Assembly: GCF_009914755.1 (NCBI RefSeq)
Contig: NC_060926.1
DNA from: the human T2T-CHM13v2.0 reference genome, Homo sapiens
Direction: 5' to 3' (one strand)
Length of the DNA stretch: 64,000 nucleotides
Part shown: positions 1-13,318 of the stretch, in pieces
How positions within the stretch are numbered: position 1 is the stretch's first letter
Layout of the letters: each line of letters opens with the position of its first letter
The notes under the pieces: generated by a model
The model's input: only the letters and a program-made list of their open reading frames with translations
What the model was told of the DNA's origin: nothing
The model's database searches: none
Translations under genes and position numbers: made by a program

Positions 1-460
1 TTTGGTATTATCCTTAAAGAGAGTTTTAGTCCTTATTTTCCAATACATACACTCAACTATACCTCCCGTTTTGTAAGAAAACCACCTGCATTAGGGAACA
101 TTTCTTAAATTGTTGAAGTCTTAACATTGATACATTTAACTATTTACTTACAATCTTTGGGAATATTATAGAGGATATTCACTACAGATAACTAAAGAGA
201 TTGTACTCCACATGTCAGATGAATGGCTTTAAAACCTTAGTAGAATTCACCAGGATTTTTGCTTAAAGTGCAAACTTCTCAGTTAGTTCCAAGTCCAGAG
301 ATTCTGATTTAACAGGCATAGAACAGGACCTGGGAATCTGCATTTTAAATAAACTCAAGGTCCATCTTAAATGCACTCAGAAATAAGTGATTTTACTACT
401 TGAGAAATGTAACTTGAGGAGTTTAAAATCTGTGAAATCTGTGATAAAAATTAATTATGT

Positions 461-749
<289 letters not shown>

Positions 750-984
750 ATTAAATATGTGCTTTGGCACTTTAAAGAGAAGTAAATAAATGATTCGTGT
801 TTGGCTTCTATTCTGTCCATCTCTGCTAATTTTCTTTCTTTCTTTATTCACCTTGGCTGGTCTGTGTATTTACATGTAACTTTCATGAAAACTCCATCCA
901 TCTTCATCAATACACATAATACATACCTTGCAAGGCCCTTTTTAGAAGTCCTATTCAAATATTTCTGAGCCAGATGAATCAGTC

Positions 985-1353
985 TGTGTTAGTCTGTTTT
1001 CATGCAAATAAAGACATACTTGACGGGTCATTTATAAAGAACAAGTGATTTAGTGGACTCACAGTTTCACATGGCTGGGGAGGCCTCACAGTTTCACATG
1101 GCTGGGAAGGTCTCACAATCATGGCAGAAAGCAAAGGAGGAGCAAAGGCATGTCTTAGATGGCAGCAGGCAAAAGAGCTTGTGCAGGTGAACTCCCATTA
1201 TGAAACCAACAGGGACTTATTCATTACCATGAGAACAGTATGGGGGAGACCGCCCCCATGATTCAATTATCTCCACCTGGCCCTGCCCTTGACATATTGA
1301 GATTATTACAATTCAAGGTGAGATTTGGGTGGGGACAGAGCCAGACCATATCA
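985..1353 (-). mobile_element. THE1-family (ERVL-MaLR) solo LTR
   Basis: TGTGTTAGTCTG...CCAGACCATATCA termini (reverse complement of THE1 TGATATGG start); 5-bp TSD CAGTC at 980-984 and 1354-1358. Confidence 0.92.
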
Positions 1354-1477
1354 CAGTCCCATAATCTCTTTTGTAGTGATAAAAATCACAAGTCTGAACC
1401 ATTCATGATATTTTCTTATACTATAATTTATGAAAGACTTACGGAAGATTTTTTTGTATCTCCTCCACCTTCACTAT

Positions 1478-1863
1478 TGCAATGGATTAAATGGTTGTTT
1501 TTCTCCCCCCACCCAAATTCATATGTCAAAATCCTAACCCACAATGTATGGTACTAGGAGGTGGGGTCTTTGGGAGCAAATTACATCATGAGACTGGAGC
1601 CCATGTGAATGAGATTAGCACCCTTATAAAAAAGACCCCAGAGAACTCTCTTGCTCTTTTTCTATTGTGTGAGGATATAAAGAAAAGACGGCAGTCTACA
1701 AGTCAGAAGAGGGTCCTCACAAGAATTAATCCATGCTGGCACTCTAATCTCATATTTCTGAACTCAAGATCTGTGAGAAATAAATTTCTGTTGTTTATAA
1801 ACCCATCCAGTTTACAAAGTGCCTAGTCTATGGTACTTTGCTCTGGCAGCACAAACTAAAACA
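1478..1863 (+). mobile_element. MLT1A-like (ERVL-MaLR) solo LTR
   Basis: CCCAAATTCATATGTCAAAATCCTAACCC and GTGAGAAATAAATTTCTGTTGTTTATAA motifs, TG...CA ends, 5-bp TSD ACTAT (1473-1477, 1864-1868). Confidence 0.85.
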
Positions 1864-3199
1864 ACTATATTTTTAAGAAAAAAAAAATGCATGAACATAC
1901 ATCTATAAAAGTCTTCAACCTGATAACTCTGAAATAACTTTTACTTTAATGGTATTCATATAAGAAAGAAATGTATGAAGCCAAAATAAATCTCAAAATT
2001 AAGGGGGAATATTACTTACCAAAATGCATGTTTGCTTTGCCAAAGCCTGAAATTTTTTTCTTTTTAAGCAAATTGAAAACCTCAAAGATTTCAATATTTT
2101 TTATTACTTATCCCAGCAAAATCATTCAGACCACTTATTTTTAAAATTATATAGTCACTGATTTATTTCACTTTTATGCAGTTAGGATAGGAAGTGGAGG
2201 TCAATTGGAAAATATAATTATAGGAATAGGACCATCATGAAATGATTTTTTAATTTATTACCATTCAGAGCATCTATACTTGTTTGTCACACATTCAGAA
2301 GAATGGAAGAAAGGAGGGTAGAGAATGAGTCATATGCATTGAAAATTATTATTCAGTTTCAAAATGAGTGCCCAAAACTATAGACACTGTAAGACACTGA
2401 ATTTGAATATTTTACATTTCATTCTTCTATTAAAATTCATTTCATTGAGAACAAAAAGAAAACAAGAAAAAATAAGAAGATAAGCATCTTCAGAGAAACA
2501 ACTACAGCCCGAAACCATGAACTGAGAAGCAAACCTTCCAAATACTGTTATATTTCAACTAAAACAAGGAGTGATCAGAGTGAATGCTTTCACATGTATA
2601 ATCAGTACATGTTCAGGATGGTCATTTTTTCCAGCTATCATTGCCACTACTCTGGGAGATGTAACTCAAAAACTATTTTTCTTAAAATTGTTAGATTTTA
2701 TGGAATAATGTGACCATGATATTAATAAAAGTAGGAAAGTCACTATAGAGTAACTCAGTGTTGTCTAACCATAAAATGGAAAGAATTTGAAGTTGTAAGA
2801 GAATTCAGGCTGATGTACTCTATTCATTTCATATACTCTGAGTTCCAAACAGAATGAAGCTCACAGAAGTGGAGAGGAGCAAAAGAGAAAAGCATTAACC
2901 AGCATGTGATAATATAGAGATTAGAAATGTAGATTTAGAAACCTAGGAATCTAAATATGAGCCACATTACCTTTAGAAAAGTGAATGCTGATAGGAGGAG
3001 AAACAAGTGTCCAGTACTTAGGGAGTAAGGAAATTAGTGTGACAGTATTCCATTACAAAAACATGGATTTAAAAAAAGGTACAAACTGCAATGCCACACC
3101 GCTCCTGCCCCAGAGGATCCCTTAGCTAATACCTGGATCTGTTCTATGAGGAATGCAGAGAGAAAAAAATCAGTAAAATATATATGCCTGGTGTTCTAT

Positions 3200-5080
3200 T
3201 TTCTAAATATGAAAATGAACAAAAAGCATAAACAAGATGCAGTTGCTAAAACTAAATCACAAGTAGAATTACCAAAGTAATCAGAGAACAAATTGAAGTT
3301 AACTTAATCTCAATTTAGAAATTGAAGTGAACAACTAAGGAATTATATAAAAAAGAAATACATAGGCACTATACATCAGCAATTACATCCAGAAAAATAG
3401 TGAATATCTAGAAGAAACCACACAAAAGTAAATTATATGAAAAGACAAAGGCATAATAAAAATCCTTAATATGGCATTGGTAAATATAGATGCATGACAA
3501 TGGAGACTCAACCTCTGCCTACTTGATGTTTTGAAGAATAAGAAAGAACATTAATACTGGAAACATTACTTGTTGAAAACTTCAAAGAGATAAAATGACA
3601 CTTGAATCTATAGATTAAAATAGCATTCTGTTTTTTAGACAAAAATATAGAGATACTGATCATCACTAAGACTGACTTTGATTCACTTACTAGATTTGAA
3701 GAATAAAGCAATAGGATAATTGTCATCTGGGCAGTTAAACAAGTCTCTGAGAATTCAACTGTTGCCGATAAAGAATTAATGATTACCAGAATTATGCAAC
3801 TTTTGTAAACGTCTAGAAATCCAGAACAAGTATATAAACTGTTTTTATTGCATGAAAAAAATAGGCAGCCCAAAACTGTCATTTCTGAGAGAAAGAAAAC
3901 AATATATACCCTTTATTGTGCCAGCATACTTACTGAAAGTGATTTCCAGCCTCCAGCATGGTATGAGACAATCCGAGAGAGAATATCATGATTTGCTGAA
4001 TTTAAGAGCAAGATATCAAAGTTTATGTAGGCCAAGGTGACTAGAATCATCAAGGCAGACTGACAGAGAGAAGAGGGCTGCACAGAGAGAGAACTGTGGA
4101 GATTTACATAGAGGTTCTCTGGAGTCCTTGAGTGAGAACTGAACTGTGCCTACATAAAGTAAAACTCCATGAGATAGAAAAATGAGTCTTCATTAGCAAT
4201 GGGCCAGAGAAATTCCTGGAGGTCATATGGGCCTTAGAAGAACCCGTATGTGCTCCAGCCAGAGTGAGAAACTTATAATAGCAGATAGAGTTCTCAGAAT
4301 AATCACACCTTAGTAGCGGGGTGAATCAGTTCTAGAGTCAAGGCTCTGAAGCCATTATAATCACATTTAAAAGCAAACAATATCACCATTGATCTCAGAT
4401 AACTTAACTGCATTTGAAAACAAAGTTCATCTCTCTTTAAAGAAATAAAACAAAATCCAGATCCTAACAATGTAGAATTCAGAATTTCCCTTAGACATTA
4501 AAAAAATAACAGAAATGCATATAAACAAAAAAATTGATCCAAAACAAGACAAAAATTAATCAAAACAGACCAAGAAAAGATAGAAATTATGGGATTAGAA
4601 AATATTAAGCAGCTTAACAACACACATAATTGAAATCCCAGGAAATGGGGGCAGGGCAAAAACTACTTGTAAAGGTAGTGGTTGAGATATTTTTAAAACT
4701 TGGTAAAACTATAAACCAACAGGTAAAAGAAGTGCAGTGGACTCAAAGCAAAATGAATAAAAGGATTAAGTTGAAGAAAGTTGTTTTTAAAAAGAAAACT
4801 TAAAAACAGTTGGAGAAAAAGAGATGTATTACTGACAATGGAACCAATGTAATAACTACTTTTTATGATAAGCATGTATATCAGAAGACAGTAGCGCAAC
4901 ATTCTATTACTTAAAGCAAGAGAAACAAGTCAACCTGGAAATTCATTCAAGTGAAAATTCTAAAAAAATCAAGAAATTTACAAAAATGAAAGCAAATAAA
5001 GCTATTTTGACAATAAGTAGCTGATAGATTTTATCAACAACATACTGGGACTGAAAGAAATGGTAGACAAAAAGAAAGTA
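3200..5080 (+). mobile_element. Degraded old L1 (L1M-type) fragments
   Basis: A-rich sense strand with decayed L1 5'UTR/ORF1-like motifs; no open frame; boundaries approximate. Confidence 0.45.
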
Positions 5081-5097
5081 ACAGGATGATAATGTAC

Positions 5098-5532
5098 TTT
5101 TTTTATTATTATACTTTAAGTTTTAGGGTACATGTGCACAACGTGCAAGTTTGTTACATATGTATATATGTGCCATGTTGGTGTGCTGCACCCATTAACT
5201 CGTCATTTAACATTAGGTATATCTCCTAATGCTATCCCTCCCCCCTCCCCCCACCCCACAACAGGCCTTGGTGTGTGATGTTCCCCTTCCTGTGTTCTCA
5301 TTGTTCAATTCCCACCTATGAGTGAGAACATGCGGTGTTTGTTTTTTTGTCCCTGCGATAGTTTGCTGAGAATGATGGTTTCCAGCTTCATCCATGTCCC
5401 TATAAAGGACATGAACTCATCGTTTTTTATGGCTGCATAGTATTCCATGGTGTCTATGTGCCACATTTTCTTAATCCAGTCTATCATTGTTGGATATGGG
5501 GTAAAGGACTCCTATTTAATAAATGGTGCTGG
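5098..5532 (-). mobile_element. 5'-truncated L1PA element with short 5' inversion
   Basis: poly(T) then TTATTATACTTTAAGTTTTAGGGTACATGTGCAC (L1PA 3'UTR, antisense); ORF 5305-5487 is the ORF2 C-terminus (WIKKMWHI..MEYYAAIKNDEFMSF); ~5497-5532 is sense-oriented ORF2 sequence. Confidence 0.92.
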
Positions 5533-5582
5533 GATAATTTACATTTTTAAAAAGAAATGATTCATGTTAGAAATAATACATA

Positions 5583-5886
5583 GGGCAGTGCATGGTGGCT
5601 CACGCCTGTAATTTCAGCACTTTGGGAGGTTGAGGTGGGCGGATCACAAGGTCAGGAGTTGGAGACCAGCCTGACCAACATGGTCAAACCCTGTCTCTAC
5701 TAAAAATACAAAAATTAGCTGGGTGTGGTGGCACGTGCCTCTAATCCCACCTACTCAGGAGGCTGAGGCAGGAGAGTCTCTCGAACCCATGAAGTGGAGG
5801 TTACAGTGAGCCATGATTGCACCACTGCACTCCAGCCCGGGCAACAGAGCAAGACTCCATCTCAAAAAAAAAAAAAAAAAAAAAAA
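5583..5886 (+). mobile_element. Alu SINE (AluS-like)
   Basis: Full dimer with poly(A); TSD AGAAA(T/C)AATACATA. Confidence 0.95.
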
Positions 5887-6073
5887 GGAAAAAGAAACAA
5901 TACATACAAAAGACATTTTTTCATGTTTTAAGTAATGTTAAAGGTAATGGATTATTTAAAACCAAAATAATAATTATTTCTGTGGTATTCAAAATATTTA
6001 TAAAGAAAGGAGGAAAACCCTATGACAGTAGGGCAAAGAACTGTAGAGAGAAAATGGATAGACAGTTATAATA

Positions 6074-7240
6074 TTTGTTTTTTTATTTGAACATTTATTT
6101 TAAATTTATGGAACACATGTACAGGTTTGTTACATGGATATATTGCGTGATGCTGAGGTTGGTGGTACGGTTAAGCCCGTCGCCCAGGTACTGAGCATAG
6201 TACCTAACAGATAGTTTTTCAACCCCGGTCTCCCTCCCTCCCTTCCTCTCCCTCTAGCAGTGTCCAGTTTCTATTGTTGCCGTTTTCATATCCATGAGTA
6301 CCCTGTGTTTAACTCCCATTTACACGTGAGAACACGTGGTATTTGATTTTCTGTTTCTGCATTAATTCACTTAAGATAATGGCTGCAAGTTGCATCCATG
6401 TTGCTGCAAATAGATGGTTTTGTTCTTTATTATGGCTGTGTAGTATTCCATAGTGTATATGTACCATATTCTCTTTATCCAATCCACTGCTGATGGGCAC
6501 TTAGGTTGATTCCATATCTTTGCTATTGGGAACAGTGCTACAATGAACATACAAGTGCATGTGTCTTTTTGGTATATTTTCTTATGGATATATAACCAGA
6601 AATGGGATTATTAAGTCAAATGGTAGTTCTGTTTTAAGCTCTTTGAGAAATCTCCAAACTACTTTCCCCATGGGCTGAACTAATTTACATTCCCACCAAC
6701 AGTGTATAAACATTCCCCTTCTTCTATAGCCTTGGCAGGAACTTTTCAATAAAATATATTATTAAACATTTTTGGAGCTTTTATTAATAGCCATTCTGGC
6801 TAGTGTGAGATGATATCTCATTTTGGTTTTGATTTACATTTCTCTGAGATTAGTGATTACGAGCATTTTTTTCATGTTTGTTAGCCACTTGTGTGCCTTC
6901 TTTTGAGAAGTATCTGTTCATGGTTTTGCTCATTTTTAAAATTATTTGTTTTTTGCTTGCTTAATTATTTAAGTTCCTTATAGATTCCAGATAAGAGACT
7001 TTTATTGAACACGTTGTTTGTGAATATTTTCGCCCATGCTGTGGGGTGTTTGCTTATGCTGTTGATAGTTTCTTTTACTGTGCAGAAGCTCTTTAGTTTA
7101 ATTAGGTCCCACTTGTCAATTTTTGTTTTGTTGAAATTGCTTTCGAGGACTTAGTCATAAATTCTTTCCCAAGGCTGATTTTCAGAATGGTGTTTCCTAG
7201 CATTACTTCTAGGATTCTTATAGTTTGAGGTCTTACATTG
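6074..7240 (-). mobile_element. Older primate L1 (L1PA/L1PB-type) 3' portion
   Basis: Antisense 3'UTR (CAGGTTTGTTACATGGATATATTGCGTGATGCTGAGGTT) and ORF2 3' motifs (GTGCAGAAGCTCTTTAGTTTAATTAGGTCCCACTTGTC). Confidence 0.9.
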
Positions 7241-7369
7241 CAGGATTATAGGTTGCTGGGTTTTAGTATCATGGTAATGCTGGCTTCAGAATTGCAATAT
7301 TTTAAAACTATATAGCAGGTATTATAAATATTATTTGAAGGTTGAGTGTTTTAAGTTAAAAAAAATGTA

Positions 7370-8745
7370 CAGATGGTACTCTTTATGCACATCAGTGCGG
7401 GGCCTTAGTAACCACTGTGCAAGTTGAAACTGGGCAAAGTTATCTTAATAATTACTGGAAAAACATAAACTTGTTCCTGCAATCATTAAAAACACTTGTC
7501 AGTCAGGTGCAGTGGCTCGCACTGGTAATTCCAGCACTTTGGGAGGCCAAGGTGGGCAGATCACTTGAGCCCAGGAGTTTGAGACCAGTTTGGGCAACAT
7601 GACAGAACCCTGTCTCTACAAAAACTACAACAAATTAGCCAGGAGTGGTGATACGTACCTATAGTCCCAGCTATCCAGGAAGCTGAGGTGGGAGGATCAC
7701 CTCAGCCTGGTGGTCGAGGCTACAGTGAGCCTTTTTGATACCACTGCACTCCAGCCTGGACAACAGAGTGAGGTCTTGTCTCTAAATAAAAGAATAAATA
7801 AATAAACACATTTGTCAAAATATTAAAAATGTCTTACTGTTGGTTATATATGCATAGAAAAGTAAAAACCAAAAAACAACCCTAAAACTAGTATTTACAT
7901 AGTACACTATAATTTAAAACATTGATAATTAAAATACATGTTTTATATATTTCTTTGAAATGTATTCAGATTAGTTTGTACAGTATTTGTACAACTTCTC
8001 ATCATGTGACTCTCAATATTTTTTATGCTTTGGTGAATTGCCATACTTCTTTATAAATTTGATTATTTGTCCAACATTTTATTGTTTGTGCGTTCATTGT
8101 CTTTAAACATCTTGGAGAGTTTCTTCAATGTAATTTTTTTTCTCAGCATCACATCTTCTGGGAAAACTTTCGTCTTTTCCCTGCAATCAGCTTCTTCATT
8201 TAAGTTGTAAATATGTATTCCATAAGTTCCCCTGACTGCACATATGAAATCTCTTGGATGGTAGTTGTGTCAGCATTCTCGCAATTAACTATTTCTTCTA
8301 TAAATCCATCAAGATCCGATCTGAATTCACTTTCGGTGTTGACACTTTCATTTCTTTGCCACACTTTCATTTTTGTTGGCTGATTTTCTGTCGTTTATCA
8401 ATTTTTGTGTAATGTCACGTCTTTATCACTGAAAGACAAAGAAGCAACACTACTGTATGCTTTCCTATCTCTGTATGAATACAAAACAGATACATAGTAA
8501 TTGATTATTGATAGATATTGAGAAAAGTGACATGACTAATCATGGATCTTGATGCAAATCTGACATTTACCTAATAGTTTTATGGACTGAAGAGTTAACA
8601 GAAAAAAATTGTACTTCAAGCCATTAGTCCCAATTAATACACTGCTGTACCTACACTGTTTTGTTTTGGGGCTTGTGCTATGTAACTAAAGCATGATAAC
8701 TAAAGCCTTTGCATATCAAAACTAAGGAAAACAAGAACTGTCTAT
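7370..8745. mobile_element. Possible decayed Tigger-type DNA transposon interrupted by an Alu
   Basis: TA-CAG... start and ...CTG end with Tigger-like subterminal sequence; weak recognition only. Confidence 0.3.
7501..7806 (+). mobile_element. Alu SINE (AluJ-like)
   Basis: GATCACTTGAGCCCAGGAGTTTGAGACC and GGTCGAGGCTACAGTGAGC AluJ-type motifs, TAAA-rich tail. Confidence 0.92.
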
Positions 8746-8759
8746 TTTATGAGCCCTAT

Positions 8760-9410
8760 ATCAATCATTAAAATTAAAACAATGGAATGGTTAAAAGCTA
8801 ATAGTGGAGATAAAAGCGGATCTTAAAAACTAAATTTTCAATTCAAAAGAAGGCAGAAAAAGGGGGAAAATGAACAAAAATGATGAGACATTTAGAAAAC
8901 ATATAGCAAGAGAGTAGTTATACACCCAATCATATTGATAATTGCATTAAATATAAATTGACAAAATATTCTTATTAAAAGGCAGAGATCATAAGACAGG
9001 ATTAAAAACCCTGACTCAACTATATGCTCTTTATAAGAAACTTACCTGAACCAAAAAAAAGAAAAACAAACAAACCAAAACCCACTAAAACTGTGAAGAG
9101 CAAAGTAGGCATCAGAACAGGAAATATCACTGGGGATGAAGAATAACATTTCATAATGACAAAGGGGAAAATACACCAAGAAGACATGTAAATAATAAAT
9201 ATGTATGCACACAATAGCATTACTTCAAAATACATAATATAAAACCTATTAAAACTGAAAGGTAAAATAGTAAAACCACAGTCATCCATGGGGATTTCAA
9301 CAGTCTCCTGCCAGAAATTTTTAAAATTTGTTAAACAAAAAATTGGTAAGGGTAGAGAGGATCTTAAAAATACAATTAGCCAACTTGATCTAACTGAATC
9401 TTTTAGAATA
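8760..9410 (+). mobile_element. Old L1 fragment (inter-ORF / ORF2 endonuclease region)
   Basis: ATTAAAAGGCAGAGA..., AATGACAAAGGGG...CCAAGAAGACAT, GGGGATTTCAACA motifs typical of the L1 EN region. Confidence 0.7.
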
Positions 9411-9501
9411 ATCTAAGGATGAGGGATGAGGTAGCAGAGAAAGAAAAGGCAGACATCAACGTGACATTACTGTTTCAAGGCTATGAGAATACACCAATAA
9501 T

Positions 9502-9502
<1 letters not shown>

Positions 9503-9537
<35 letters not shown>
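9503..9537. repeat. (TG)n microsatellite
   Basis: Perfect dinucleotide run. Confidence 0.98.
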
Positions 9538-9540
<3 letters not shown>

Positions 9541-10572
9541 ATGGTAAGCTCAATCTTAAAAATGTTGAGTTTTAACTGAAAATTCATTATTAGGAAAGAT
9601 AAGAGGAGATGATATCTAGTGAGAGGCTGTATGACTGAACTCTAAGAGAAAGGTCACAGCAGAAATTGTGTACCTGACAGCTCTAGAAGGAGGTCAGTCA
9701 AAAGTAAGTCAGTGATGAATTCTCTGGTGTAAAAGCAGAGGAATGAGGATTAGATTTAAAACACATGGAAGCAGAGTGACTTATGATAAAAACATGAGCT
9801 TGAAAATCCTGCAGAGAGGGCTTTAAATCCTGGGTATGATATCCTGCTTGTGTAGGCAATAGTGATAAAAACACAACAACAAAGAGAGGTAAAGAGCACT
9901 TTCCTTTGATATAAGTAAAGGGCACGACTTATTGCACATATATATATAGGTATTCAACTGAGATTCAACATGTTTCTCTCATTGAAACAGCAAGCTCTCC
10001 AGGCCTTCATGTTCCCAGTGAGGTAGGTACCCTTCTGATGATTATACTCACCCTCCCTCATTGCAAAGCTCCCGTTGTTATTGTCTTGGCTCTGGATTCC
10101 CTCAAAAATAGACTATGAAACAAATATCTGGGGTCAGATACTTTAATCAGAAATTGAGTGAGAAAGCACAGAAGTGGAGAAAATGAAACAGAACACGAAG
10201 CCAGTGTGAATGAGTAGTTACTGCTATGTGCTCAGTAATGACGGAGGTATGGAGATTGTCTCAAAATAACTTTACAAAGAGATGGGGATGCTGGAATCCC
10301 CATCTCTTATTGCTTAAGGATTACCTTAGAATCATTAACTCTCCACCCCTAACTCCTTCTTTGTTCCTATGTGTGGTTGAGAAGCACTGGTTAGCCTCAA
10401 GAAGCTTGCAGGCAGGCCCACAAATCAGAAAGACAGGCATGATGTGGGGAGCTCTCAGTTAGCTAGAAACAGGTGAATTTCAGGTGAACACATTGAGTCC
10501 AGGACATAGAAGACAAGTCATCAACAATATCTGCTATAGCCAGTTTTCTTTTTCTATAACACATATACTTTT

Positions 10573-11190
10573 TATTGGGGGTCCCCAAGTCCCCCTTTGG
10601 TTTAATGATTCACATAACTCAAGAAAGCTGATTTTTTTTGTGGTTATAGTTTCTAACAGTGAAAGAAACCAGATTAAAATAATCAGAAGCATAAAAGCAC
10701 ATAAAGTTGAGTCCAGGACAAACCAGATATGAGCTTACAGGTGTCCTTTCATAGTGGGGACTTCACACTGACTAATTTTCTTTACAATCATGTGAGACAA
10801 CATGTGTGAACTTGTTGCCAACTAGGGAAGCTCAGTCAGTCTTGAGTCCAGGGTTTTTATTAGGATTCCACCACATATGCATCGAGCATCCTGTGACTGA
10901 ACTTAGCTACTTAGTTCCCAACCTCCCTATGCCCTAAGAGAGGTCATATTAATATGGCATTACACAAAGTCATAGGCATACAGAAACAGGTGCTCACAAG
11001 AAATAACGTTGTTAGCATCAGCTATTTGGTATGACCTACGTTTTCAGGTATACAAAGACTCTCATCAGGCAGCATATACCAAGGGCTCATAGGTTGTCAT
11101 CTCCCAGGAGGTTGTCAAGGGCCAGTCCTGAAGACCTTTGGAATGCGCAAGGTTTTGGAAAGCCATGTCTGCAGAATTAACCATTACACA
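10573..11190 (-). mobile_element. MER21/MER77-like LTR
   Basis: TATTGGGGGTCCCCAAG...AATGATTCAC...AACTCAAGAAAGC and GTGTCCTTTCATAGTGG motifs resemble the MER21 group. Confidence 0.6.
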
Positions 11191-11292
11191 CCTTCCAAGA
11201 ATTTTTTTTCTCTTTAAAAATGTTTTTTGATCTTTGACAATGTACCAACCAAGACTGAGTAATTAGTAACAGCAGTGTACTCCTGAGTACTT

Positions 11293-13318
11293 GCACCTGC
11301 AAGGAGAAAAAGGACAGATGCACTTACATAGGACAGATGCAAATAGACACCACTATGACAAGTAAAGCTGGAATAATCAATAAATTCCTAAAGACAAAGT
11401 GGGGCTGGTCAGATTGGGAGACCGCTGACAGCTGCAGAAGTTGGGAAAGATCCATCATCTTGAAAACTTTTTCCCCACAAACCCACTGCGATCTCTCAAG
11501 CAATTGGTAAGGAATCCAAGAGAGTCTGTATATGACACAGATCAGGGAGAGCAGAACACTTGGGAGGTGACCAGGTCTTGGGGGCTGAGCCCTTATGAAT
11601 GGGATTAGTGCCTTTATAAAAGAAGCTCAATGGAGTTCTTGTGTGCCTTCCACTATGTGAGGACATAGAAAGAAGGCACCATCTATGAACCAAGAAATGG
11701 GCTCTCATCAACACTGAATTTGTGAGCATCTTTACCTGAGATCTTTCAGCCTCAAGAAGTGTGAAAAAAGAAATATCTGTTGCTTTTTAGTCACCCGGTT
11801 TATGTTATTTTGTTATAAGAGTCCAAATAGACCAAGATATTCCATTCCACTTAATATGTAGGGGAAGACAACAAAAACTGCCACACTTAGAATACTCCTG
11901 ATACTGGAAGTATGAAAACAGGAAAAACAAAACAAAACTGCTCTTGAAGGTGAAGGAGGAATATCACTGAGCTCACCAACACAGCCAGGAAAAGAACAGA
12001 AGTGTGAGAAGGCTACATTCCTGAGACCCTGAGAAAAAGTACCTGCATAAGACTGAGATGAAATTACCTACCCTAGTTATAATTGAAATCCCAAAAAGAG
12101 GAAAAAATAATGGAGCAAAAGAAATATTTTTCAAAATAACTGCCAAAAATATTCTAAAAGAAGTGACAGAAAATCAAACTTCAGATATAGGAAACTCAGA
12201 GAATGTCAAATAGAACAAAAATAAATAAGAAATACATCTTGAAAAATCTTTAAGAAATCAACTCTAAATTTTATATCTTGCTCCAAATATATAGAGATAT
12301 AAATAGGTTAGCATGAAGATATGGAGAAAGCCATATCATGGAAACACTAAAATAAAGCTGTGGAAGGACATTGATATTAGACACAACAAAGTTCAGAACA
12401 AGAAATAGTATCAGAAATGAGAGATAATAGATAATATAATAATTCTCAAGATGTGAACATCCTACTAATTAGGGTATGCAGCTAACAACAGAACCTCCAA
12501 ATACATGAGGTAAAACAGGAAAGAAATCAAAGGTGAACTAGAAAAATCCAAAATTATATTTGCAGACTTCAACACTTTTGTCTTAGTAATGGACAGACTA
12601 GGCACAAACTCAGTAATCCTATGGAAGATAAGAACAACAATATCACCAACAAGACACGCAATCTTCAATGGCAGACACGCTTTCAAGTGAAAAAAAAAAA
12701 CAGTATGGCATATTTTCTAACAAACCCAGAATTTCTAATATTTGCGGTCTTCCTTCCATCTTCCTTTCTCTTCTCTTCTTCTTTTCCTTTCTTTTCCTTT
12801 TTTCTCCTTCCTTCCCCTTATTCTTCCTTCCCTCCTCCCTCCCTTTTTTTCCTTCTTTTCTTATTCTTTCTTTCCTTTTTTCCTCCCTTCCTCCCTCCTT
12901 TTCTTCCTCCCTCCCTTCCTTTTTCCTTCCTTCCTCCCTATTTTGTTTGCCTTCCTCCCTTTTACCATTCTCTCTTCCTCCTTTCCTTCCTCCTTCCTTC
13001 CTCACTTTTTCTCTTTCTTTCTTGAGTTCTTGCTTTCTTTTTTCTCCCTTCCTCCCTCCCTTCTCTCATTTCCTCCTTTTCTTTCTTCTTTCTTTCCTTC
13101 TTTTTTCTTTCTCTTTACAATTCATATTATTTAAAAAAATTAAGACAGGCAGAAAAATAAAGAACACTTTAATCTGCAGGTAAATAGATTATGTCTGCTG
13201 TAGACAAAATAATGGCCTCCCAAAAATGTTCATGTCCTAATTCCCGGAGTCTAACATACAAATATGTTATGTTGCATGGCAGTGGGAAATTAGATTTCAA
13301 GTGAAATTAAGGTTCCAA
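11293..13318 (+). repeat. Intra-window direct duplication, copy 1 of block B (MLT1A fragment + L1 fragment + CT tract + start of MLT1)
   Basis: Colinear with 50634-53000 from CTGCAAGGAGAAA.AGGACAGATGCAC to GTGAAATTAAGGTT.CAA; ORFs 11496-11729 and 50837-51070 differ at only 3 of 77 aa. Confidence 0.95.
12748..13116. repeat. Polypyrimidine (CT-rich) low-complexity tract
   Basis: Almost exclusively C/T on + strand (CTTC, CCTT, TTTC units). Confidence 0.95.

Noticed and set aside
5213-5487. ORFs with L1 ORF2 C-terminal sequence as an active L1
   Set aside because: Element is only ~430 bp and 5' truncated.
12621-13183. Phe/Leu/Ser/Pro-rich or Glu/Lys/Arg-rich ORFs resembling membrane or coiled-coil proteins (also 51811-52936 and 45898-46140)
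   Set aside because: Translations of polypyrimidine/polypurine tracts.
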